Source: a virus (lineage: Duplodnaviria > Caudoviricetes). From it: a stretch of 53,112 nt of DNA. The notes under the pieces are model-generated. The model worked only from the letters and a program-made list of their open reading frames with translations, was not told where the DNA came from and ran no database searches. Location: IMG/VR virus record IMGVR_UViG_3300032312_001042, positions 1 to 53,112 of that record; one strand, written 5' to 3'. Below are positions 25,231-35,007 of the stretch, piece by piece. Within the stretch, counting starts at the first letter, position 1; every line of letters begins with the position of its first letter. The translations under genes and the position numbers were made by a program.

Positions 25231-26280
25231 ATGAGTATTAAAAGAATAAATCAATTACCGGATGGAAGTGGTAATTTAAGCAATGATGATTTATTTATAT
25301 TTATGGATAATCCATCTGCTAGTGGAGTAACCAAAAAAATAAGCTTAAGTCAATTAAGTAATGCTATAGGTGGCGGTGGTGGAATTTCTAACATTGTAGA
25401 AGATTCAACTCCACAGCTTGGTGGCAATTTAGATTTGAATAATAGTAATATTACTGGTACTGGCAATATTAATATTAATGGTAGCGGCTCTTTTTACGAA
25501 ATATCATTTAATACTTCTCTTGGTGATCCAGATTTAATTATTGGTCAATTGGCTTGGAATCAATATGAGGGAACCTTAGACCTTGGACTAAACGATAACT
25601 ACAATATGCATCTTGGTGAAGAGATGCTATACAGAGTAAGAAATGGCACTGGATCAACAGTATTAGCTGGCACACCAGTGTATGCTAGCGGTTCAACTAC
25701 TGGCGGTCATAATAGAATAAATATAGCTCCTCACGTTGCTGACGGAGTTGTTAGAGAAATAAGATTCATGGGGTTGATGACGGAAAATTGTGATACTGGA
25801 ATTAATGGATATGTTACTCATTTTGGATATATAAGATCGCTAGACACCCGTGGAGATGCTAATACTAATGGTTATGCTAATAAGCTTTGGGCTTCTGGCG
25901 AACCTATTTGGTCAGAAGGAGATGTATTATATGTACACCCAACCGTAGCGGGCAAATTAACCAAAGTTGAACCAAGGCACAGTATTAGCGTTGCTATAAT
26001 ATTAAATCGTCATCAAACTCAGGGTAAAATATTTGTAAGACCCACAAGTTTTGGACATTTAGAAGATGACCATGATGTTAATATTAGCGGAGTAGCACAT
26101 AATGATATTTTAGTATACAATAGTGGGACTCAATATTGGGAAAATAATAGTAGTGTGGTATTTAGTAATATCACAGGAATAACTGGCGCTAGCGGCATAA
26201 ATAACATTGTACAAATAAATCAAGCAGACTACAACGCTTTAGTTAATAAAGATCCAAACACTGTGTATTTTGTGGTATAA
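25231..26280 (+). CDS. Tail fibre-like protein
   Basis: MSIKRINQLP..TKKISLSQL start; EDSTPQLGGNLDLN; DVNIS..NDILVYN..WEN; C-terminal QADYNAL..KDPNTVYFV. Confidence 0.75.
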   Translation: MSIKRINQLPDGSGNLSNDDLFIFMDNPSASGVTKKISLSQLSNAIGGGGGISNIVEDSTPQLGGNLDLNNSNITGTGNININGSGSFYEISFNTSLGDPDLIIGQLAWNQYEGTLDLGLNDNYNMHLGEEMLYRVRNGTGSTVLAGTPVYASGSTTGGHNRINIAPHVADGVVREIRFMGLMTENCDTGINGYVTHFGYIRSLDTRGDANTNGYANKLWASGEPIWSEGDVLYVHPTVAGKLTKVEPRHSISVAIILNRHQTQGKIFVRPTSFGHLEDDHDVNISGVAHNDILVYNSGTQYWENNSSVVFSNITGITGASGINNIVQINQADYNALVNKDPNTVYFVV

Positions 26281-26281
26281 T

Positions 26282-26470
26282 ATGAGTAAAATAGGCAGTA
26301 ATAACTTTAGTATACGAATTGGAAATAGTCTAGTAAGTACATTATACTATGGTTCTAAGTTAATTTATTCAGGAATATTAAGTTTATTTGAATATTCATA
26401 TAAAATTATGGGTTTAACATATATCACAAAAATTGAAAGTAGTATCTATAATTTAGATTATGATACTTAA
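26282..26470 (+). CDS. Small tail-fibre-associated protein
   Basis: IRIGNSLVSTLYYGSKLIY motif typical after such fibre genes. Confidence 0.55.
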   Translation: MSKIGSNNFSIRIGNSLVSTLYYGSKLIYSGILSLFEYSYKIMGLTYITKIESSIYNLDYDT

Positions 26471-26487
26471 TAAAAAAGGAGAAAAAT

Positions 26488-26847
26488 ATGGCTAATGTCA
26501 ATCTTAAAAGTCTCACCACTGTATTAGGTGAAAACGCTAGTATAGCGGATATTCCCACAAGTGCTAGTGGTATAGTCACCTGTTCCAGTAATCAAGTTTT
26601 AAAAATCAACAGTCTTTATGTTGCTAATATTGACGGTACTAATAGTGCTAATATAACCGCTGATCTACACAATGGCAGTGCCGTATTATCACACTTGGTA
26701 AGAAATACGACAATTGGTGCTGGTGGGTCAATCAATATTATAACAGCTGGATCACCAGTATATATTACAGAAGGTCAGACGGTAAGATTGTCAGCTAGCA
26801 CAAGCGGCGATCTTAGTGGATTTGTTAGTTATGAGAGGATAAGTTAA
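26488..26847 (+). CDS. Putative virion beta-protein
   Basis: AAGGAG RBS; KINSLYVANIDG...SYERIS. Confidence 0.65.
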   Translation: MANVNLKSLTTVLGENASIADIPTSASGIVTCSSNQVLKINSLYVANIDGTNSANITADLHNGSAVLSHLVRNTTIGAGGSINIITAGSPVYITEGQTVRLSASTSGDLSGFVSYERIS

Positions 26848-27080
26848 TGAATAGAGCTGGCAAAAATTTTGTTCATCCCAAAGAACCTACAAAAACTACT
26901 AACCTAGATGGCTTATGGGGCTTGAATGAAATAAATAACCATATCAAGAATAATAATTGGCCTGACTTAAATATACCTGTAAATGAATATAATGTAGGAT
27001 TAGCTTATATAAATTATCTAGCTCAAGGATTAAAACCAAATTATAACATTGGCGCTATTTACATAAATATAATATCTTAA
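26847..27080 (+). CDS. Small fibre-associated protein, paralog A
   Basis: GxW..NEI....NWP; two NxGxxYIN repeats. Confidence 0.7.
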   Translation: MNRAGKNFVHPKEPTKTTNLDGLWGLNEINNHIKNNNWPDLNIPVNEYNVGLAYINYLAQGLKPNYNIGAIYINIIS

Positions 27081-27092
27081 GGGTTAAATCAA

Positions 27093-27374
27093 ATGATAAG
27101 ATCTGGAAGAGGCTTTGGTTGGATTAAAGATCCAACAAAAACTACAAATTTAAGCGGGAGATGGGAAATAAATGAGATTAATAATCATATAATTAATGGC
27201 AATTGGCCAAGGTTAAATGAATCACCAAACGAATACAATGTAGGGGCAGCTTATATCAACTATATATCTCAGGGTTTAAAACCAAGATATGATATTGGTG
27301 CTACATATCTAAATGTAATCCACTCTGATCCAAAACTAAATATAGGCACTGCCTATCTAAATATTTTATACTAA
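27093..27374 (+). CDS. Small fibre-associated protein, paralog B
   Basis: Clear paralog of 26847 (PTKTTNL, NEINNHI, NEYNVG, QGLKP); three repeats. Confidence 0.7.
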   Translation: MIRSGRGFGWIKDPTKTTNLSGRWEINEINNHIINGNWPRLNESPNEYNVGAAYINYISQGLKPRYDIGATYLNVIHSDPKLNIGTAYLNILY

Positions 27375-27386
27375 AGGAGAATTAAT

Positions 27387-28775
27387 ATGTCAGTATTAGA
27401 AATTGAAGGTTTTGAAAAGTATAGTAGCTTGAATGATATATTATCTCACTATAAGTATGCAACACACCAAACCCCTGTTATAATATCATCAGCAGACTCA
27501 ACGGGCGTTACCCCAAGAAATAACTTATCTTGTCTAAAAATGACAAGCACACAAACCAATATATTAGGCGGCGATGTAAATTTTAGAATGATTAGATTTC
27601 CTAAGTTTGCTATGCAAGAAATACCGGCACATACAAATGGAGTTTTGGGATTTTCATATTACTCCTATGTTCCAACGGGTGGTTCATTTGCTCCCTTTAC
27701 TCCAATAGCAGCTGTTTGTGATCCAATAGGAAGGCCGCACTTTTTTATCTGTGTTAATGGAAATAGACAGGTAGAATTAAGAAGATGGAATACTAGTGCT
27801 AGTATGGGAACAAACGCAGGATTGTCAGCAGCTAATATTACTTGGGACGTTGACCCAAATAACTATTCCAGAGCAATAGTATACGGTATGTATTGCAGCG
27901 ATGGCACTGTAAATATAAAAGAACATTTTTTTAGCGCACCTTCTTCTGTAAGTCATTGTAACGGGACATTTAATATGACTTATGCTGGTAACGCAATTAA
28001 TACAAGTGCTTTTACATTAGTTCATACATCAACAGGAACTTTAAATGCTTCATCTTGGAATTATATTGAAGTAGAATATGTAATCTCGTCCTCTTCAACT
28101 GGTAGCTTTAAAGTTAGAATAAATAACTTACCATCAGATAATAGTAATACTATTGATAGTCAAGTTAGTAATGTTGCAACTACAACACAATCTAATGGAA
28201 ATGTTGGGCAAGTAGCTTTTGGAACTTTTTGGGCGCACAGAGCAGACGGTTTGGCTTCTTTTTATAGCGATAAAACCACAAGTACAACAGTTCATTGGAT
28301 AACATACTTTGACGATATATATCTGTTGCGCAAAGATTCTACGTTACCAAATAATTTCTTAGGAAGTGTTAGTTGCCTGAAGGGCGATTTTGATACGCTG
28401 GTTAGCAACACAGCGTCTAGTGGAAATCTAGCAAGTATAAACGACGCTACAATATCGGCAAGTGGTCATATGACTAATAGAGTAGTAATAAATAATTACA
28501 ATCAAAATATACAAGTAAGATGTTCTGGTCTTGCGGTTGCTGACTCAACAAATGTAAAATTTGTACAGCCAGTAGTTTTAGGCTATGATCTAAGTAGTGT
28601 TCCTTTAAAAGTAAGAGCAACACTCAATAGCGCTTCATCTGACAGCGAAATGGTTTTAGAAGGTAATACCATAACTGGAAATGCTAAACTTGGACCAGCT
28701 TTTGTTGTTGATCCAAGCAATAACAATTGGACAGGAAGCGGCGTGAAAAACACAATATTTCTTTTCGGAGCATAA
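27387..28775 (+). CDS. Putative virion/receptor-binding beta-sandwich (LamG/ConA-like) protein, paralog 1
   Basis: EGFE, RPHFFIC, WNYIE, FDDIY, FLGSVSC; AAGGAG RBS. Confidence 0.65.
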   Translation: MSVLEIEGFEKYSSLNDILSHYKYATHQTPVIISSADSTGVTPRNNLSCLKMTSTQTNILGGDVNFRMIRFPKFAMQEIPAHTNGVLGFSYYSYVPTGGSFAPFTPIAAVCDPIGRPHFFICVNGNRQVELRRWNTSASMGTNAGLSAANITWDVDPNNYSRAIVYGMYCSDGTVNIKEHFFSAPSSVSHCNGTFNMTYAGNAINTSAFTLVHTSTGTLNASSWNYIEVEYVISSSSTGSFKVRINNLPSDNSNTIDSQVSNVATTTQSNGNVGQVAFGTFWAHRADGLASFYSDKTTSTTVHWITYFDDIYLLRKDSTLPNNFLGSVSCLKGDFDTLVSNTASSGNLASINDATISASGHMTNRVVINNYNQNIQVRCSGLAVADSTNVKFVQPVVLGYDLSSVPLKVRATLNSASSDSEMVLEGNTITGNAKLGPAFVVDPSNNNWTGSGVKNTIFLFGA

Positions 28776-28776
28776 A

Positions 28777-29406
28777 ATGATAAATCAAATAATAGGATTA
28801 AATGGACCACACATTAATGTAATGTCTCATCTTTTAAAACTTTCTGGTTTTTATTTTAATGAATCATTAGATCAAGATGATCTAGAAAATTATACTAAGA
28901 GTGACACCTTGTATTCATTTTATGGACATGTGCCTTATGATTCTTTTGATTTAGATCAGCCTTATATTAATGAACTTTTTGGATTCTTAAGAAAAGCAAA
29001 CGATTTTTCAACAAATAACTTTAGAGATATAGTTTGCACACAATATCTTTTAAACACTCCATTTATTGGAAGAGTGATATATATAAAATATACTTTTGAG
29101 GACTTAAAAAATAGCATTGGTGAAATTGTAGAACAAAATTTTTACGAACAAAATAAACAGCAACTAGAAGACTTTATCAGAAAGTGTGAAGATAGTAATT
29201 GGCAATTTATAGAAATAGACTATAAACAATTTACTCAAGATCATGAATATAGAAAAACCATCTTGGAAAATTTATCTTGTGATATAAACAATATAGAAGA
29301 CCTGTGGAAAAAAATAAACAAAGAATCAGAAATAACAAAATTTGATGATTTGATGGAAAAATATAATGACCTATATGTTAAAAGGTATATTGCGACAAAT
29401 CTATAG
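28777..29406 (+). CDS. Possible degenerate sulfotransferase-fold protein
   Basis: IIGLNGPHINVMSHLLKLSG at the PAPS-loop position; IDYKQF akin to VxYEDL; context. Confidence 0.4.
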   Translation: MINQIIGLNGPHINVMSHLLKLSGFYFNESLDQDDLENYTKSDTLYSFYGHVPYDSFDLDQPYINELFGFLRKANDFSTNNFRDIVCTQYLLNTPFIGRVIYIKYTFEDLKNSIGEIVEQNFYEQNKQQLEDFIRKCEDSNWQFIEIDYKQFTQDHEYRKTILENLSCDINNIEDLWKKINKESEITKFDDLMEKYNDLYVKRYIATNL

Positions 29407-29412
29407 TTTCCG

Positions 29413-30213
29413 ATGGCTGCAAAAATAACAATACCAATCCTTGAATATCATTTGACAAATTCTTGCAATTTGGCTTGTGAAAGCTGTAGCCACTATACAA
29501 ATATACTAAAAGGAAATACAAAAAAACCAAGCGATTTAGAAGAACACCTATTATCTTGGTCAAAAATATTAGATATAAAACAATTCAATATACTTGGCGG
29601 TGAACCATTTATAAATAAAAATATTGGTGAATTTTGTTTTGTTGCTAGAAGCATATTTCCAAATTCTAAGATAATAATTTATACAAACGGTTTGCTTCTT
29701 GATAAAATAAAGAACATGGATGTCATACTTCAAAGTATAATTAATAACAAAATTAATATTCAAGTTACTATACATAGCACATCAAAAAATTATGCTGACG
29801 ATTTGAAACCAAATCTAGAAATATTAAAATATTGGAAGTCTTTAGGAGTAAATGTAGGTAAAAAAGACGGCGTGACAAATTGGACAAAAAGATATCACAC
29901 TAATACTGATGGGACCATATCTCCATTTGAAGATAATGATCAAGAAAAAAGCTGGAATATATGCCCCTGTAAATATTGCGCAATTTTAATTGACGATAAA
30001 ATCTATAAATGCGCACCGTTAGCTTACTTGCCGGAAATGAAAGAAGTAAATAAAACAACGCCAGAATTTGATCAGTATCTCAAATATAAACCAATATCTT
30101 ATTCTGAGCCAATAGAAAAAATTCAAGAGTTTTTTGACCGTAACTATAAATCAGAAAGTTTTTGTAGCATGTGTCCGTCACAGATGATAAAAATAAAGAA
30201 CAAGCCAATATGA
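29413..30213 (+). CDS. Radical SAM protein with C-terminal Cys cluster
   Basis: CNLACESC (CX3CX2C), GGEP, TNG, CPC..C..CAP..CSMC. Confidence 0.92.
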   Translation: MAAKITIPILEYHLTNSCNLACESCSHYTNILKGNTKKPSDLEEHLLSWSKILDIKQFNILGGEPFINKNIGEFCFVARSIFPNSKIIIYTNGLLLDKIKNMDVILQSIINNKINIQVTIHSTSKNYADDLKPNLEILKYWKSLGVNVGKKDGVTNWTKRYHTNTDGTISPFEDNDQEKSWNICPCKYCAILIDDKIYKCAPLAYLPEMKEVNKTTPEFDQYLKYKPISYSEPIEKIQEFFDRNYKSESFCSMCPSQMIKIKNKPI

Positions 30214-31010
30214 TAACGCTGGGATTAGTAGTCAAAGATGAATCAAAATATTTAAAAGAGTGGATACTGTACCACAGATTAATTGGCGTTGATAATTTCT
30301 CAATTTACCTTCATAACAATACAGATAATTCTGCGGACATTCTTGGGGATTTGGGAGTTAACTTTAAAAATGTGTATAGCGAATCTCTTGGATTTGAAGT
30401 AAAAAATAAACTATACACAGAAATAATACAAGAAGCAAGCACAGAATTTGTTTGTTGTTTAGATATAGACGAATTTATTGTACTGCCAGAGTGCGGTGAT
30501 ATAAAAGATCTTTTGAGTTCTTCATTATTTAATGGATTCGGAGGCATAATTTTACATCAAAATATTTTTGGATCAAATGATCATCAAGCTTCACCAAGCG
30601 GATTAGTGATAGATAACTACACAAAAAGACACTCAGACAACTTTGATTTCCCTAAAAACTACCCAAACTTTAAACAACCATACGACTTATTCAAAATCAT
30701 AAAGACCATTGTTAGGAGAAGAAGTCTTAAAAAGGTTCTAAATAGTCACGAATACTTAACACACACCCCTATAGTTGACGAGAATGGTCAGTTGTACAGA
30801 AAATATACTTGCAATAGAACACTCTCTAAGATAAAACTAAGCCACTACTTTACAAAAAGTTTAGAAGATTGGACTTTTAAGACAAGTAGACCAAGATTCA
30901 GTAATTCTCCCAAATATCCAAATGAATGGTTTGATTATTTTAGCTCTTTTGACTATCAAGATAATTATTTAAGTGCAAAATATTCATCAAAAATAAAAGA
31001 ACTGTTATGA
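30210..31010 (+). CDS. GT-A glycosyltransferase (GT92/GT2-like)
   Basis: VKDESKYLKEWILYHRLIGVD, LDIDEF (DxD), HYFTKS; ATGA coupling. Confidence 0.88.
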   Translation: MITLGLVVKDESKYLKEWILYHRLIGVDNFSIYLHNNTDNSADILGDLGVNFKNVYSESLGFEVKNKLYTEIIQEASTEFVCCLDIDEFIVLPECGDIKDLLSSSLFNGFGGIILHQNIFGSNDHQASPSGLVIDNYTKRHSDNFDFPKNYPNFKQPYDLFKIIKTIVRRRSLKKVLNSHEYLTHTPIVDENGQLYRKYTCNRTLSKIKLSHYFTKSLEDWTFKTSRPRFSNSPKYPNEWFDYFSSFDYQDNYLSAKYSSKIKELL

Positions 31011-31696
31011 AAACACTAATCACAGGATTTCCAAAATCTGGCACAACTTGGTTATGCAGAATATTAGATTGCTTGTTGAAGGATGAGTATAGAATATCAA
31101 AACATATATCATTAAATGTTAAAAGACTTTATAGATCAAAAGATCATACAGTCATTTTTTCATATTTAAACAACTCATTGCCACTATGCAGTGAATCTAT
31201 TACAGTTCCTAATCACGACAAATGTATTATCCTGTATCGTGATTTCAAAGATATTGTGGTTAGTTGTTACTTCCAGCAAAAATATAGAGAATCAACAAAC
31301 TATAATGGGACAATAAGTGAATTTATAGATTTTGACAACGGGGGAATAAAGAGTATAATTAACTTCTATAAAGCCGTTGAAGAACAGGGCAAAGACAAAG
31401 AGTACTTGTATTACGAGAAAATGGAAGAGTCTATTAAGTCTCTTTCTATATTTGATAAGACAAAGCTAGATACTTGTTTGGAGCTAAATAGTTTTGATAA
31501 TATGAGACAACAAGAAATAGCAAATTATTCTGATGCCCAAATAACAGGCTCAGATTTGATTGAATTATGCCCAAAAAATATAAATAATATCAATTCATAC
31601 AAGACTAGAAGTGGTAAAGTTGGCGACTATATAAACTACTTGAGCAAAGAAGATATAGAAAAAATAGATAAAATTTTAAAATATAGTAGTGTATAA
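31007..31696 (+). CDS. PAPS-dependent sulfotransferase
   Basis: GFPKSGTTW, RDFKDIVVS, YEKM, SFDNM, RSGKVGDY. Confidence 0.9.
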   Translation: MKTLITGFPKSGTTWLCRILDCLLKDEYRISKHISLNVKRLYRSKDHTVIFSYLNNSLPLCSESITVPNHDKCIILYRDFKDIVVSCYFQQKYRESTNYNGTISEFIDFDNGGIKSIINFYKAVEEQGKDKEYLYYEKMEESIKSLSIFDKTKLDTCLELNSFDNMRQQEIANYSDAQITGSDLIELCPKNINNINSYKTRSGKVGDYINYLSKEDIEKIDKILKYSSV

Positions 31697-31699
31697 TAG
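31689..31699 (+). promoter_or_regulatory. GTGTATWWW motif (putative late promoter)
   Basis: GTGTATAATAG about 40 nt before paralog 2. Confidence 0.5.
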
Positions 31700-31736
31700 T
31701 CTATATCGTATTTCTATTACACAAAAGGTATAAATT

Positions 31737-33899
31737 ATGTCACTTATTTTTTTTGAGGGTTTTGATAATTGCTCTAGCTTCAAAGATGTTAGTGGAATTT
31801 TTAAAATTGCAAGTAATATGCTAGATGATCCTAGAACTATTAACCCAGTTCTTTCAAGTGGCTACGTGGAATCTATAAGTGCTAAAAATAGTGGAAATAT
31901 GATAGTTCTAGAATCTTCTTATAGTTTACCATCTACTAGCGGTCTGGCTACAATAGCTAATAATCAATCTATTAATATAACTGGATCTGGCAATTCAGCA
32001 TCTAAATTTACTGTTGCGGCTAATTTTTCCTATACGAATTTTCCTATATTTAAAATTAACAAAAATGGTACTTTTAATATTGAGGCAGGAGATTTTAATT
32101 ATACTGACGCAGAAGGTGATGCTCAAGGTCAACCTATTATTAATATTACTAGAACAAGAAATGGATCATCAGTAGATACACCAATTTATAGAAACGATAG
32201 TTCTTATTATGGTGGTTATACTAAATTTATTGGAAGTGTTCCAGTGAAAAGTGGTGATCTTATATCAATAAAGGAAAAAAATCTAAGAGTTGTAAGACTT
32301 AATCCAAACGATACAAACTCTTTAGCATTTACTGCTTGGGCGGTAGAAAGTACTGGAGTATTTTTTCCATCAATAGGTATAGACTTAGGAAAAAATTTGA
32401 CACAAGGAGTAGTTGGATTTTCATACGCTCCAATATTACCACCAAGCGGTAATTTTGGAAACGGTACAGACAATTTTACACCAATTGCGTGTTTAACAGA
32501 TGATCAGTATAGGCCACACTTCTTTATTTGTAATACTAGCACTGGGCAATTACAGTTAAGAAAATTTAATTCGTCAAATTTTAGTAATGATCTTCAATCA
32601 TTCTATAATTATAAAATTGGTTCTGCTAATACAGACGGCGTTCAGCAAACTTATCCAAGGTTTTTAAAATCTACAACAGATCCAACATTAACAATTGGTG
32701 GAAATGGAACAAACTTAACACTAATAGCAGAAAGCACAGTAGAAAAAAATACACTCGTAAATAATTTTTGGAATTATATAGAGTTAAAATTTGATATGAA
32801 TACACAAGACGCGGCATTGAGAATAAATAGAAAAAATACATCAACAAAAAATGACTTAGAATTTAATGGACAAAATATTAGTAACTTAGGATTATTAAAT
32901 AATGCTTTGACTATTGCTAGCGGATCTGCTTCTGGAAATGGTACATATACATCCCCATACATTACTGCAAATCCAAGCGTTGGAGTTTTTAGAGTAAATC
33001 AAGATGGTGTAATCACACTTAGATTTGTTGGAACTTGGAGAACCGCTACTTCTGGTCCACCTATAAACAGCTTTGCAAATATATATAAAAATGGCACAAT
33101 CATACAAAATATACCAAAACCTCCAGGTTCTATATTTTTTCCTGGTTTTTATCTTTCATCATCTGATAGTTTTTACTCCTTTTCAACATCTTCTGGAGAT
33201 GTATTTGGGATTGATTTCAACTTGGGAACAGCTGGAACTGCACAGGCGGGTGATGCTAGTCAATCAGCATTTTTCTCCCCAGTTGCAGCTTTATCAGATC
33301 AATTAGATAAAACTGTAAGATATTTGGTATTAGGTACAATGTGGGGTCAGGATATTAACTCAGCTTCTCCAGCTGCTCACCTTGGATGGAAAACCTTATT
33401 AGATGATATTTATGTAGTAGATGCATCTGGTTCAATTTTACCCAATGATTTTTTGGGATCTGTATCTTGCAGGAGAATACCATTCAATCAACAGGTAAGA
33501 AATACTACATCTAGTGGAAATTTAGCTAGCGTTTCAGATGTATTATCTGGTGCTAGTGGATTTGCTACACCTAGTGGTAACGGAACATTGTTTTTTGATG
33601 CAGTAAATCAAGAATTTAATGTCAAATCTAGTGGCTTCTCTGTAAATAATAATAACATAATAGGACTACAAATTAATATGAACGGCTTTTCTCTGAATAC
33701 AGAGGATTACATTGGTGTTGGATTAGAAATAGAAAACGGCTCTGGATCATATGATTTTTCACCAGTTGTATTATCAAGAAATAGCACTACTGGAGGATAT
33801 GCGCGTGGGCAACTTTATACAACAAATCCCAGCGGACTCCCTTGGACAGAAGAAGCTATAAGAAATACTACTTTTAAACTAAAATCATTGAGTGAATAA
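31737..33899 (+). CDS. Putative virion/receptor-binding protein, paralog 2 with two inserted beta-domains
   Basis: Shares EGFD, GVVGFSY, FTPIA, RPHFFIC, WNYIE, DDIY, LPNDFLGSVSC, SSGNLAS with 27387. Confidence 0.7.
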   Translation: MSLIFFEGFDNCSSFKDVSGIFKIASNMLDDPRTINPVLSSGYVESISAKNSGNMIVLESSYSLPSTSGLATIANNQSINITGSGNSASKFTVAANFSYTNFPIFKINKNGTFNIEAGDFNYTDAEGDAQGQPIINITRTRNGSSVDTPIYRNDSSYYGGYTKFIGSVPVKSGDLISIKEKNLRVVRLNPNDTNSLAFTAWAVESTGVFFPSIGIDLGKNLTQGVVGFSYAPILPPSGNFGNGTDNFTPIACLTDDQYRPHFFICNTSTGQLQLRKFNSSNFSNDLQSFYNYKIGSANTDGVQQTYPRFLKSTTDPTLTIGGNGTNLTLIAESTVEKNTLVNNFWNYIELKFDMNTQDAALRINRKNTSTKNDLEFNGQNISNLGLLNNALTIASGSASGNGTYTSPYITANPSVGVFRVNQDGVITLRFVGTWRTATSGPPINSFANIYKNGTIIQNIPKPPGSIFFPGFYLSSSDSFYSFSTSSGDVFGIDFNLGTAGTAQAGDASQSAFFSPVAALSDQLDKTVRYLVLGTMWGQDINSASPAAHLGWKTLLDDIYVVDASGSILPNDFLGSVSCRRIPFNQQVRNTTSSGNLASVSDVLSGASGFATPSGNGTLFFDAVNQEFNVKSSGFSVNNNNIIGLQINMNGFSLNTEDYIGVGLEIENGSGSYDFSPVVLSRNSTTGGYARGQLYTTNPSGLPWTEEAIRNTTFKLKSLSE

Positions 33900-33910
33900 A
33901 GGGAACCTAT

Positions 33911-34297
33911 ATGAAAAATAAAAACTATGTCATGTATTTTGTATTAATTACCAGTTTATTATTATTGCAATATAATTTTTTTGTATCTAATAATAATTGC
34001 TGTACTTTAGAAACTAAAGATATAGCAAATATGTATGAGAATTACATAGAAGATTGGAAAAATAAATCTAAAAGAGCTTTTGATGAAGCAGAAGCAAAAA
34101 TTTTTACTACTCCAAAACCTCCAGTAGTAATCATACCAATGGAAGATCCAGACCCAGCAAAGTGCATATGCAAAGGTACGGGTATAATAACTCATGGTGA
34201 TGGTCACAAAACGCCGTGCCAATATCATGGAGTAAATAAGCAATTACTTAAAGACAAAGAATTAAAATACAAACAACTTATAATTATTGGAGAATAA
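33911..34297 (+). CDS. Membrane-anchored protein with Cys motif
   Basis: N-terminal TM; Pro-rich linker; CICKGTG..GDGHKTPC. Confidence 0.7.
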   Translation: MKNKNYVMYFVLITSLLLLQYNFFVSNNNCCTLETKDIANMYENYIEDWKNKSKRAFDEAEAKIFTTPKPPVVIIPMEDPDPAKCICKGTGIITHGDGHKTPCQYHGVNKQLLKDKELKYKQLIIIGE

Positions 34298-34549
34298 ATG
34301 AACATTGACAACATCTTAAGAACCATAGCTATTTTAGCAGCTGTAGTTCTAATACTTTCAAATGTAAATTTTGAATACATTTATCAATTTTTACTACAAA
34401 AATTTCAAAGTAAGACTAATAATTTTATTGAAATAGTTAACTTGTGGCATATCTTAAGAGAAAAGTGCGATCAAGCAAATCTAAAAGACGCTGTTGTAAA
34501 GTTAGATGAAACATTTCCATTGTTAAATAACGAGGAAGACAATGTATAA
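34298..34549 (+). CDS. Small membrane protein
   Basis: GGAG RBS; N-terminal TM. Confidence 0.7.
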   Translation: MNIDNILRTIAILAAVVLILSNVNFEYIYQFLLQKFQSKTNNFIEIVNLWHILREKCDQANLKDAVVKLDETFPLLNNEEDNV

Positions 34550-35006
34550 AAATATTATTGCCATAGCACTTATTCTATATGCTGTATTTGGCAGTGGACT
34601 AGTTGACCTATTAAAAAATATTAAACCTATTCCACAACCACAACCAGCATCAATACTAAATATTGATAAACCAACCAATGACGTAATACTTAGAGTAGAA
34701 AGATTTTCTAATCTAATTACAGATCCAACAGATAGAGCTAAAATAGCTATATTTAATTATGATTTTGCTAATAGAATAAAAACTTGGAATACAAATAACC
34801 AACAAGTCAATGATGTATATACATTAGCTGGTAAGATATTTTTCCAAGATTCTTTAGTTAATAAATACAGTGGTTTATCTACAGAGATTACTGATTTGCT
34901 AAAAGAATTATTGACTGACGATAATCATATTTTATCTGAAGAAGAAAAAAATAAAGTAAATCAATACTTTGCTGGCATAGCTTGGGTTTTAATACAAAGG
35001 AAATAA
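34542..35006 (+). CDS. Membrane-anchored protein
   Basis: N-terminal TM; PIPQPQP linker; helical domain. Confidence 0.7.
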   Translation: MYKNIIAIALILYAVFGSGLVDLLKNIKPIPQPQPASILNIDKPTNDVILRVERFSNLITDPTDRAKIAIFNYDFANRIKTWNTNNQQVNDVYTLAGKIFFQDSLVNKYSGLSTEITDLLKELLTDDNHILSEEEKNKVNQYFAGIAWVLIQRK

Positions 35007-35007
35007 T

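Noticed and set aside
26847-33899. Diversity-generating retroelement behind the paralogous fibre genes
   Set aside because: No reverse transcriptase; paralogs differ at all base types rather than only at adenines.
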